A DNA stretch of 21,226 bases. Origin: Ginkgo biloba. Its lineage: Eukaryota > Plantae > Ginkgophyta. The notes below the pieces were generated by a model. That model made no database searches, had not been told where the DNA came from, and was given only the letters and a program-made list of their open reading frames with translations. A program made the translations under genes and the position numbers. Below, piece by piece: positions 1 to 9,845 of the stretch. The stretch spans positions 167,240,019 to 167,261,244 of the forward strand of contig JANKJI020000002.1 in NCBI GenBank assembly GCA_024626585.2. The letters run 5' to 3'. The first letter of the stretch is position 1. Each line of letters opens with the position of its first letter.

Positions 1-2
1 AC

Positions 3-951
3 CAATTGAGCACCATTGGATAAAAGGTTGAAGATATAGAGATGATCACTTACATGTTGATAATTCTACCTAAATTATATGAGAGTTTTATAACTATTCT
101 AACCATAATTGGGAAGATACCAACACTCTCTTTCAATGAATTAGAGGGTCTTCTACTTCAATAAGAGAAGATGTTGAAGGATCAGAATGTGGAGTCTTCT
201 AGTGAATTAATAACCATATTCAAAGGAAAGAATCCATTTATCCCTAGGAAGACATGCCTACCTAAACATAATGTTTAGCATGTGACTTTGAAGGGATAGC
301 ACAAACCCAAGTGTTTAAACTATGGTAAGATAGGAAATTTGAGGAAGGATTATCAAATGTTGCAACAAAATTAATAGAAGTAGATAGGAGGGCATCATGG
401 TTACTATTATAGACCTTAGTAAAATAGGGGACATGATAAGGGTAATAAGTTATTTATTGATTCCTACTAGATGCATAATGATTCACATGATTCTTGGTAT
501 ATTGATTTTTGAGCTACTAGGTATATGCCAAGAAGATTGATAACTACTAAAAATGGTTTATGTGAACCTTTCATAATGGGAAAGAAACATAGGAGACCAT
601 TACCTAAAAAAATAAATCTTGGAGAGAAAGGGATAAGTTTAGGTTGGTTCACTCAAACATATATGGACCAATTCTAATTGCATCACTTGGAGATGACAAG
701 TACTTCTTGACCTTCGTGGATGACTTTTTGAGAAGGGTTTGGGTCTATACCATAAAGGAGAAATCACATGCCATCACAATCTTCAAGTAGTTCAAGAAAA
801 ATGTTAAGAGGGAGATGGGGTATAAGTTGAAGATCATTTAATATGATAATGTATGTGATTATGCATCTATTAATTTTAATCAATATTGCAAAGATCAAGG
901 CATTCAGAGGTAGTTCATGACTGCCTACATACTAGAGAAAAATAAAGTTAC
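3..951 (+). mobile_element. Degenerate Ty1/copia gag-pol remnant (gag C-terminus, zinc knuckle, protease motif, partial integrase)
   Basis: Frame 3 from nt 3 reads QLSTIG*KVEDIEMITYMLIILPKLYESFITILT...TLSFNELEGLLLQ*E (copia gag). It then gives a decayed CCHC knuckle CLNYGKIGNLRKDY (312-353), a protease motif WYIDF*ATRYM (495-527; cf. WYIDSGATRHM) and CEPFIMGKKHRRPLPK (561-608). After a frameshift in the A-run at 606-612 it reads LVHSNIYGP...KYFLTFVDDFLRRVWVYTIKEKS...YDN...GIQR*FMTAYILEKNKV (rve core). The PR-then-INT order is copia-type. Many stop codons. Confidence 0.95.
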
Positions 952-1135
952 TATTGACTGTATTTTGTGTATCCTATAAAAATAAGAATATGATCAAAAT
1001 TCCCAAGGTGAGGATCACACAAACTTAGGATATACATAGGATTTGAAATCCCTCTGTTATTATACACAAAAGAAACTAAAAAAAAAGTCTATTCACACAT
1101 AGATTCACACTGTACATAAGGATTGAAAATTGTTT
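952..1135 (-). mobile_element. Probable LTR terminus of another retroelement inserted into the copia integrase
   Basis: Integrase homology stops abruptly at 951. The next bases, TATTGACTGTATTTTGTGTA, look like a deaminated TGTTGAC... LTR terminus (reverse of ...TCAACA) and are followed by A-rich non-coding sequence up to the gap. Confidence 0.45.
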
Positions 1136-1235
1136 NNNNNNNNNNNNNNNNNNNNNNNNNNNNNNNNNNNNNNNNNNNNNNNNNNNNNNNNNNNNNNNNN
1201 NNNNNNNNNNNNNNNNNNNNNNNNNNNNNNNNNNN

Positions 1236-2900
1236 TGAGTATTATGTTAGAGGGGGATATGATATCAAGACAAATCATAAAATATCTTATTTGGGTAGTT
1301 GATTAGATGATTATGGATGGGTAGTTATACTAGGAACATTATAACCAATTGACTAAGTAGATTGATGTGTTTGGGATAATGTTTAATATCATGGCATAGA
1401 TTGACCAAAATATAATAAACCATTCCTCCATATTAGATATTTTAAGATAGATATCTAAGAGTAAATATCCATTTATAATGTGATCCTCATTTGTATGTCT
1501 CTTTGTTATAACATCAAAATAAAGTTATGGGAGTTGAATGATAGGATAATTCATGAGGGAGATAATTGAGGATGAATAAAATCCCTCTACATATGGTAAA
1601 AAGGATTCCAATTATACTTTGATAAGAAAATAACGATGTATAATAGATTTTTCAATCAAAGAAACTTAATATGTTTGTGCAAGTACCTGTTGAAAAGGTA
1701 CTTGTTGAAATTATTGATTTAGTATCTCTTAGTACTATTGATTGAAAAATAGATGAAATGGAGACGATATTTGAATTCACCCTTATTGTAATGTTTATTG
1801 GAAAAATTACTACCCATATGGATTATATGGAACATTCCTATAATGGAATAATTTAAACTCTAGTTAATTCACATTGTATGGATTTTAACTAATATAATAA
1901 AATGATGGTATAAAAGGAGGAATGGATTATTGTTAGGTATAATAATATAAAATTTATTTACTAGGTTATGAAATATTAGATAAGGCATGTACTATCACAA
2001 GAATGTATGTTGTAGTATGTTTAAAATATACATTCCTAACTTGAATAATTTATTTCTTCCCTTGATATGGATGAGAGATGGGTTATTGACCTACTTATTA
2101 TTGGATATGAGTAAATTATTAATCTCCTTCTTGTGGTAGATGAATGACTTGTTTACCTCCTTGATAAAGAGGAGAAAACGTTCATTAACCTCCTTGATAA
2201 GGAGGAGGAATATTTTATTGACCTCCTTGAGGAGGAGAATTGAAAAAATGGAGGGAAAGTAGGTTATATTAGTATTGTAGGGTGTCTAAAAGGAATTATA
2301 GATGGTTTATTAATATATTATGGAGTGTCCTCTATTCGATTAGCCATCGAATTAATAAAAGGGGGAGAATTCCCTTATCAAATAATAGATATGGATGGTC
2401 CTATAGGTAGAATATTACCTCCAACCAGAGGAGGAGTCACATAAAGGGGTCAATTTCCTTTTAAATGAGGATTGTTTTAGGGTGAGGGGGGGGGATTCCC
2501 TTAAATTTATTATGTAGGGACAATAGCTAATTGATTATTTTTCATGATGATAGATTTAGTCATGCATAATAACACATTTTGTAGAAATAATACTATGATA
2601 CAATAGTGGCAAGTGGATGAGACATAAGGGTTGATTTTTGTGATCTTGAGATTACATTATACTTGTATGACTAGTATGCCATATGGTATTTAATGTAATA
2701 ATTCAAGAAAAATACTTAATCATTATTTACATGTACCATATTGATTATGAAAGTGATAAGGTTTTTAAAAATCAAGGAGAAACATGATATGTATGGTTTT
2801 GAAGATAAAGATGTATTGCACCTTGGATTGATTTAGTTGTTGATAAATATTATTATATGAGTAAAATAGGGTGAACGATCTACCCCTAGTTCGACCATAT
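1236..2900 (-). mobile_element. Heavily decayed Pro/Gln/Tyr-rich N-terminal gag-like region of a Ty3/gypsy element
   Basis: The minus strand gives low-complexity P/Q/Y/G peptides (NSPPQGGQ*NIPPPYQGG**TFSPLYQGGKQ, IPPFIPS, NVPYNPYG). Two decayed knuckle-like motifs lie near 1370-1525 (YFDVITKRHTNEDH; YYILVNLCHDIKHYPK). Boundaries are approximate and no gag core domain was seen. Confidence 0.55.
2050..2247 (-). repeat. 33-bp (11-codon) degenerate tandem repeat, about 6 units
   Basis: The core TTATTGACCTCCTTGAT and its variants start at 2050, 2083, 2116, 2149, 2182 and 2215, an exact 33-nt spacing. The minus-strand consensus peptide is about PPPYQGGQQxx. Confidence 0.85.
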
Positions 2901-3067
2901 TCTCAAAGACCTCTCTAGCCTTCTACTACCCGTTTTCCACTTATTTTTACCTCTACTCCAAGCTTTATTATTCTATTCAAACTAATTATAGCTCCCTCTA
3001 ACATAACAAATTGAAGAGAAAATAAAATAGCCATGGGATGTTTCCATTCTATTATCTTCACCAATAA

Positions 3068-3878
3068 TGTAAGTCGCAAGGCCCTTCACCAAGAATGTAG
3101 GTAAGTTACATGTAATAACAATGCAAGTAGTTTCCTATAATAATTTGTTTGTCAACTTTGATTAGTGTTTATCATAAAATGATCATATCAATATTGTAAT
3201 TAGTTAAGGCCATTGGGACATTGATCCCTTTCCAATTTATAAATACTTATAAGTTCAAGGAATAAAATAAGATTTATTTTGTAAAAAATAAAGATCTTTA
3301 AGATACCATGTTGACTATGAAGATCCCTACATAAAAGGATCCCAATATAACACCATGAACTAATCCAACATCATAGATTGGATTTTATTTCTTGTTGTAG
3401 TTGCATAGTATTCAAGATTTCTTCATTGAAATTATTTATTATTGTAGGCATATATAATACTTAAGATTTCATTGTTAATTATTGCATTTAAGTTTAGAAC
3501 TATTATTTTATTTTTGTAATGGTTCAATTTAAATTTCATATATAATTTATAGTATTATATAAGAAAAATAGCCACATGAGTAGCCTTTGTTAAATAATTT
3601 ATGACCAATTGAGGATTCTTTTTTTGTATACTTGGTTGGTAAATCCCTACTCCAATTTGAAACTTGGTTTATAATAGATTATGTATCTAAAGGGTTAGTG
3701 CTTAGTTTACTAGGATTAGACCTATGAGCTATAAGATTGATTTTTTATGGATAATTATCATATTGTGTGATAAATAATCATGTATGTCAATGTAAAGAAC
3801 AAGTCATGTTTAGGACTTATCTTAGTTAGGATTTGTCTTAGCCAAGGGATTAAGTCGAGTACACACATAACATTGACA
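3068..3878 (+). mobile_element. Candidate solo LTR (about 810 bp)
   Basis: Starts TGTAAGT (3068), carries TATAAATA at 3238-3245 and ends ...GTACACACATAACATTGACA (3878), giving TG...CA termini. The flanks AATAA and AGTAT match only 3/5, so no target-site duplication is established. Confidence 0.4.
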
Positions 3879-4584
3879 AGTATCATTCAATTATGATAAC
3901 ATTCTCAAAAAGAAGAAAGGCCAACCTTATAAAATAAGTACACATTCTATAGTTTCTCCTCCCTAACAAAGCAATGCACCTCTAACAGAATGTTACCACA
4001 ACCTATCATGATATGGGAGTGCAAGGCGAACAAGCATCAACCTACTAAAAGCGCATATATAGAGCAAAGTGAGAATCAAAAGAATACAAAAGCTACAAAA
4101 TGGATGTTCGTTCAAAAATCAAATTGAAAACAAAAACTACATAATCTAAACCAATGTCATTTGTAGCAACCTCAATATTCAACATTGAACAACCAACAAG
4201 TATTAACTAGGCATATGTGCATATTCAATAAATATTCACCTTGTTGAGGTCATGAATCACCTAGTGATGACTATTTGCACTAGTTATTACCAGTATCTAT
4301 CGAACAAATAATAATGCAATATTGGGAATACACTTCTGAAAAATACAAATCCTTGTCTTACAACTAGTACTTAAAACCTTTCACCAACTACACCCCATCT
4401 AACAATTTGACTTTGCCCAAAATCCTCAATTCCTCGAATGTCATAGTAATGGGCAAAATGGATCGAGCATAAATAAGTAGACATGATAAAAGTTAGTCAA
4501 CATGAACTCAAGCAAATTGGAGTATAAACATGCTAATCAAGCACCAAAGGAAGGAGGAACTAGAATGTGAGAAAATAGACTCAC

Positions 4585-4741
4585 CATACGAAAGTGATCA
4601 GGCCTCTCGTTCTTCTTCGTGAAACTGGGAATAAGACCCCATTTCATGCAACGCACAAGTGGCTCTCTCCCAGATTCTTTATTTTCTTTGCATACAACAG
4701 GCATATACGATCCAGGTGAAACATTGTATGATGGACGATAG
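4585..4741 (-). CDS. HMCES: Internal coding exon (probably exon 2) of the plant HMCES / SRAP-domain abasic-site processing protein (YedK/YoqW family)
   Basis: Minus strand: ...gtgaatctacag|C TAT CGT CCA TCA TAC AAT ... CAC TTT CGT ATG|gtgagt. The 157 nt (1 + 52 codons) have no stop and encode YRPSYNVSPGSYMPVVCKENKESGREPLVRCMKWGLIPSFTKKNERPDHFRM. This matches the SRAP hallmarks (RY)RPSYNVxP and MKWGLIPSF and ends just before the conserved FNAR motif. Acceptor AG at 4743-4742, donor GT at 4584-4583. CpGs are retained, unlike in the flanking TEs. Confidence 0.93.
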
Positions 4742-5088
4742 CTGTAGATTCACATCATTTTAGTGTCAAATAGCTCAAAGAATAAGGATGTGGACTAGAT
4801 ATCTTTATTAGGCATTCGTAAATCTAAAATCTTTCACTACCATTTTNNNNNNNNNNNNNNNNNNNNNNNNNNNNNNNNNNNNNNNNNNNNNNNNNNNNNN
4901 NNNNNNNNNNNNNNNNNNNNNNNNNNNNNNNNNNNNNNNNNNNNNNNNNNNNNNNNNNNNNNNNNNNNNNNNNNNNNNNNNNNNNNNNNNNNNNNNNNNN
5001 NNNNNNNNNNNNNNNNNNNNNNNNNNNNNNNNNNNNNNNNNNNNNNNNNNNNNNNNNNNNNNNNNNNNNNNNNNNNNNNNNNNNNNNN

Positions 5089-7730
5089 AATAATAAGGAC
5101 AATGTTATCCATCTATTTGGTATAGGTGATAAGAAATATGAACTCAACATCTAGAATTTTCTAAACTTCTTTCCTAATGGTTTTAGCCAACTAAAGATTA
5201 ATAGGTATTTATTTTTTATGGACAAGAATAGATTTAGGATAGGAATCAATATGATGATAAATAAAACTTAGGTCTATTCCAAGCATTTCATTATAGATCT
5301 GTGCAAAAATTTCTTAGAACTCTTGATAAAGTGAGTTATATTACTCTTCCTCTTGAGGAGTAAGATCATGTCTGATGAGGATCTCTTTTTAGCATATTAG
5401 ATATAAAAATGTTAATGGGGTTATTCTCACTAATGGTCATGAGATTCCTTCTTTAAATTCTTTAACTATAGGATAGGATATGACTCCTTATTCAAAAGAT
5501 TAGGTGGCATAGTATCCTTATTATCCATATAAAAATTGGATTTATCATTTGGAAAATCATTACAAGGGGATAATAAAGTTAGTGTTCCTTAAAGGGATAG
5601 TTAATATATTTTTCTATGTTTATGATGGAGTTAGTCCCATGAGGTTTTGTCCCCATAAATGAAATATAAAATGACTTCATCCTTATCAAACAAATCTATA
5701 ATGGGTTCACATTATATGTAAACAAAGAGAATTATAGATGAATTTATTTCTTATAAATGATAATTTATAATAAAGGAACTAGCATAAATCCAATCTAGGA
5801 GGAAATTTGGAAACTTAACAAGTCTAGGGCTAAGGGTAATGGATATTTCAATTAAAGCTTGTAGAATCCACTTGAGGAACTAAGGTAATTTGAGGTGAAG
5901 ATGAGGATTTGTCTATATTTTGGTTATTATATATAGATTAATAGAATCTCATGATGGATCTATTGAAGAGGAACTAAATCAAGCTATATAATGTGGATGT
6001 GAGAGTCCCCATAGGAGTAAACTAATATCTATCTAGAATCATATTAAAATATAAGTAATTTTCGATGACCTCTATATTAATGGAATTATTTTACCCTCGA
6101 ATGTGAATGGTACTTTATGAATGGTGTTAATAAATGGAATTAAGTCATCATCCCATACATGTAGAATATGTGAACAAGGATTAGCATGAGAAAATCCTAA
6201 AGACTTGAATGTGGAATGAGACATAATAGAGATAGAATCTAATTAATTACCAATGCATATTTAAAGATTATATTGGCCTATATGAACTATAATATTAAAT
6301 GGTTTTGTGGGCATTATACTCTCATAAGTTAGAGTAGATGAATCAATGACAATTAAATTATCTATTATATTTTCAACTATAAATAATAACATCAATAATG
6401 TAATCTCTTATTAGGGTAGGATTAAAAAATTTAAATAATATAAATGGTTGAAGTATCACTTATACTATTTATTTCTTATAATATATAGGCCCATTAAATG
6501 TAAATGATATAGGTGGTTTAGGCNNNNNNNNNNGGAACATAAATCTCATTTACTTAAGATGTGAATGGATTCTCTTTAGATTATTATGCCATAGATATCA
6601 TTATTACAATGAAATCTTCCTTAAGATTTATGTGTATAATGTTAGTGTAAGAGGATAGGTTGTTCCTAAATGACACATTATTATTATAAGGAGTTAAACT
6701 CCTTTGTGGATAAAATGGAAATTATGCCATAGTTTAGGGCCATGTTCTTAGAATGGCAGGTAGAATTGATGTATGTGATTAGTATTATGGTTGTTATGAT
6801 ATGGAATGGGTATCATACAAAGTGTCCTTTAATTATACTAGTGGATGAGAAGAAAAGGCCTCTTGGGAAAGATTGGATATAAGAACATGATCTTACATAT
6901 ATTTAAAAGCTTTGGTCCAAGAGAGATAATTTTTAGATAATTCATTTTATCATGAGTATTTGACTCATAATAATCACACCATATAGCAAGTTGATTAGGA
7001 TTTTCTTGGGTTTTGATTTTGATTTTATATATGCCCCCTATTTTAACTATAATATATACCATGATTTATCCTATTATTATTTCATTTATTTTGATTTTAG
7101 TTTAAATTATTCCCTTGAGGGTTAGAAATATTAATGAGAAAAGACTATTTTGTATTGGACACCAAGTTGACTTAAGAGTTTTATGTTATATGGAGGGTTA
7201 ATAATTATAACACATATAAAATTATCCTATTTGGATGATTCCCTAGATGATTTTGGTTTAATGGAAATACTAGCAATACCATCACTAACAAAGTAGATGA
7301 ATGTTGTAAAGGATAGTACTTAAAATGACACTACGGGTTGGTCAAGAAAAATATAATCAACCATTCCTGCATAACTAAATTATTAGAGATAAATTTCTAG
7401 GAGAATAGATTTATGAGTAACCTATTCTTCATCCCTAGGCCTCTTTTACATAATATGAAAATCATGTTGTGGGATAAGAATTTCAACAAAATAACTACCA
7501 ACCTATTTAGAATCTATATGGGGGAACATTGCCTTAGCTAGATGATAATTGTTAATATGTTGAGTGATTGACATTTTAGAATCCTATTTTAGTATGAAAA
7601 TAATCTTAATAAAATCTATATAGGAAATATAAAACTTAAATCTCTTAAGAAATTGATTCCTTAATTAATCTAATATGGAGAAGGATTAATGTTATAATGA
7701 TATAAATTTCATTCAACTTTTAAATAAACA
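5089..7730 (-). mobile_element. Degenerate Ty3/gypsy (Tat/Ogre-like) gag-protease-RT remnant
   Basis: In order on the minus strand: gag core about 7730-7400 (LD*LRNQFLKRF...LK*DSKMSITQHINNY); knuckle CDYYESNTHDKMNY (6978-6937); aspartic protease about 6320-5950 (PFNIIVHIG...SISIMSHSTFKSLG...VPFTFEGK...FNMILDRY*FTPMGTLTSTLYSLI*F); RT N-terminus 5390-5089 (DLTPQEEE*Y...EIFAQIYNEMLGIDLSFIYHHIDSYP...IRKEV*KILDVEFIFLITYTK*MDNIVLI). The PR-then-RT order is gypsy-type. Confidence 0.92.
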
Positions 7731-7791
7731 TTAAAACACTCTCAATGTAATGGATTCATCATAAGCCTCCATTAAATGATAGGCTAAAGAT

Positions 7792-8180
7792 GTGGATATC
7801 ATTTTGGGTCTTAACTCTAAAGAAATTATTATAGATGTTATCACTTTCGATAGTGTAGATAAAAATAATGACGGATTAGCAAGGGCTAGTGGATGTCTTT
7901 CATCTTCAAAGGAATTTTTTTTTATTCTTTTCTCTAAAGGCCTTGGCAAAATGACAAATAATTTTACTGAGTACATAGAGTTGATTGAAGGAATGAAACT
8001 CACTAAAATCTAGGGAGTGAAAAGCATTCTTATCTAAGGTGACTCTAATTTTATCATTAATAAACTCTTGGGGACATGGAATAAGGCTTCTTGAAGCTTA
8101 GAGGAATCCCTCAATAAAGACCAAGACCTTCTCTACTACTTTAAAGTAGTGAACTACAAACATGTTCTTTATTTTAAGAA
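7792..8180 (+). pseudogene. Decayed RNase HI-type domain, most like those carried by plant L1-type LINEs
   Basis: Reading through stops: ITFDSVDKNNDGLARASG...FSKGLGKMTNNFTEYIELIEGMKL...GVKSILI*GDSNFIIN...AS*SLEESL...LLYYFKVVNYKHVLYFK. This aligns to FDGA-K-NPG-AGAGG...GLG--TNN-AE--AL--G...GDS, with the catalytic D/E/D recognisable. Truncated by the gap. Confidence 0.85.
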
Positions 8181-8280
8181 NNNNNNNNNNNNNNNNNNNN
8201 NNNNNNNNNNNNNNNNNNNNNNNNNNNNNNNNNNNNNNNNNNNNNNNNNNNNNNNNNNNNNNNNNNNNNNNNNNNNNNNN

Positions 8281-9090
8281 TTTATTAATCCATTTAATCC
8301 TCCTATGGGCATATTCCATCTACATAGTATTATTGTAGTGGTTTACTTCACCACATGGGAGAAATCCATTATAGTCGAAAGAGAAAATGGTGAAACAACA
8401 TTCATATTTATTTTTAATCAAATTGTTACATGTTTTTAAGTTCCATTGGACATTATTTTAGACAAGGGGAATTATTTTATTAATTATTTTATGGAAGATA
8501 TTTTTAATAATATTTAAATAAATCATTGAAAGACTTCTTATTATTAACCTAACCATGGACTAGCATAATCATTTAACAATATTCATAAGGTAATTATTTG
8601 ACGAACCATTGATAAGAACACAAGAGACTAGCATACCAATTCATTATAGACATTCTTGTCATATTAGAAAACTAAAAAGGTTAAAAAAATATTCACTCAA
8701 TTTTCAATTATCTATAGAAGAGAAGAAATCCATCCTATTAAATTTCAAATCCCTTCATTAAGGATTTTACTTCAAAACTAGTTATATCCTTTAGAATATT
8801 ATGTAATTAAACTTATAGAACTTAAACAAGTTGATGAGAATCATATTAAAGCTATCTAAAATCTAAAATCTCATGTCAAAAATGTCAAAGGATTTTAAAA
8901 TAAAAAATTGGTACCTCAACAATTTAAATAAGGTTATCCTATACTATGATTTGATGAAGCTACCAAGAAGTCAAGCCTTGGCAAGCTCAAGCCTCTATGA
9001 TTAGGTCCATTTATTGTTAACAAAGTGTTACCAAAAGGGGATTATTAATTATCATATATTGATGGATAGTTGTTTCAAATCTAACCAATG
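8281..9090 (+). mobile_element. Degenerate gypsy (Tat/Ogre-like) integrase core plus GPF C-terminus, copy A
   Basis: FINPFNPP...YFTTWEKS...FIFNQIVTCF*VPLDIILDKGNYFIN...GLA*SFNN...EIHPIKFQIPSLRI...VDENHIKA...GKLKPL*LGPFIVNKVLPKGDY*LSYIDG, all in one frame with many stops. Confidence 0.93.
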
Positions 9091-9845
9091 AGACTTCAAC
9101 TTACTAAGGCCTAGATTCTTAGTTGCTTCATCAAATCATAGGACTAAGTCACCTTCCTCAAATGAATGAGGGACAATCTCATGGTCATAAGAGGCTTTGA
9201 TTCTTTTCGCATAAACTTCTTAGTTTTGGACTGCCTTCAAATGATCCTCATCTAATTGCTCAAGTTTGGCCAATCTAATCACATAGTTAACAATAGGGTG
9301 CCATTAATTGTGAACATGTATCCTAAGGGATGGAATGCACACCTTAATGTGAAGGACAACTTCTCTTATATTAGAGAGATGAGTAAAACCTATTGTAACT
9401 TTGGCAGTAGTATAATATGACTATAATATAGAATATATGTTGGCAAGTCAAACTCTATGACTTTTATTAATGGTGCATTTGAGAATCATATTAGGGGTCT
9501 TATTAAATGATTTAACTAAACCCTTGATAATATGAGGAAGACTTAGAATAATCTATTCCAAGCTTGCAAAAAGTTATTCCATTAACTTATTAATGAAATG
9601 AACTCTCCTATTGGATTTAATGGCCAAAGGTACTCCAAAGTTAGTGATAATTTGATTAAAAATTAATATATCAACTATTTCACCATCTTCCAACTTAACC
9701 AACATAGGCTCTATCTATTTAGTAAAAGTATTTAATCATGTTGATGATATATTGGTGGTGTGTACCTATACGAGGCTTAAAAGGACTAAAAAAATTAATA
9801 TTCCATGTTGCAAAGGGGACAATAAAAATTATGGGACATAATATA
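9081..9845 (-). mobile_element. Degenerate gypsy (Tat/Ogre-like) integrase, copy B, inverted relative to copy A
   Basis: Minus strand with a few frameshifts: LCPIIFIVPFATWNINFFSPFKP...YF(T)K*IEPM...FNQIITNFGVPLAIKSNRRVHFINKLME...GLVKSFNKT...SYYTTAKVTIGFT...IPSLRI...RLAKLEQLDEDHLKA...FEEGDLVL*FDEATKNLGLSKLKSHWL. Confidence 0.92.

Noticed and set aside
2050-2247. Regularly spaced repeats as a CRISPR array
   Set aside because: The units are contiguous and degenerate with no unique spacers, there are no cas genes, the context is eukaryotic, and the period is a codon multiple.
4824-5150. ORF-track entries spanning N runs (4824-5150, 4837-5112, 8098-8319, 8149-8439, 16686-16931, 19099-19302, 19124-19333)
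   Set aside because: They are open only because Ns contain no stops. The real parts are RT, RNase H or integrase debris, or non-coding.
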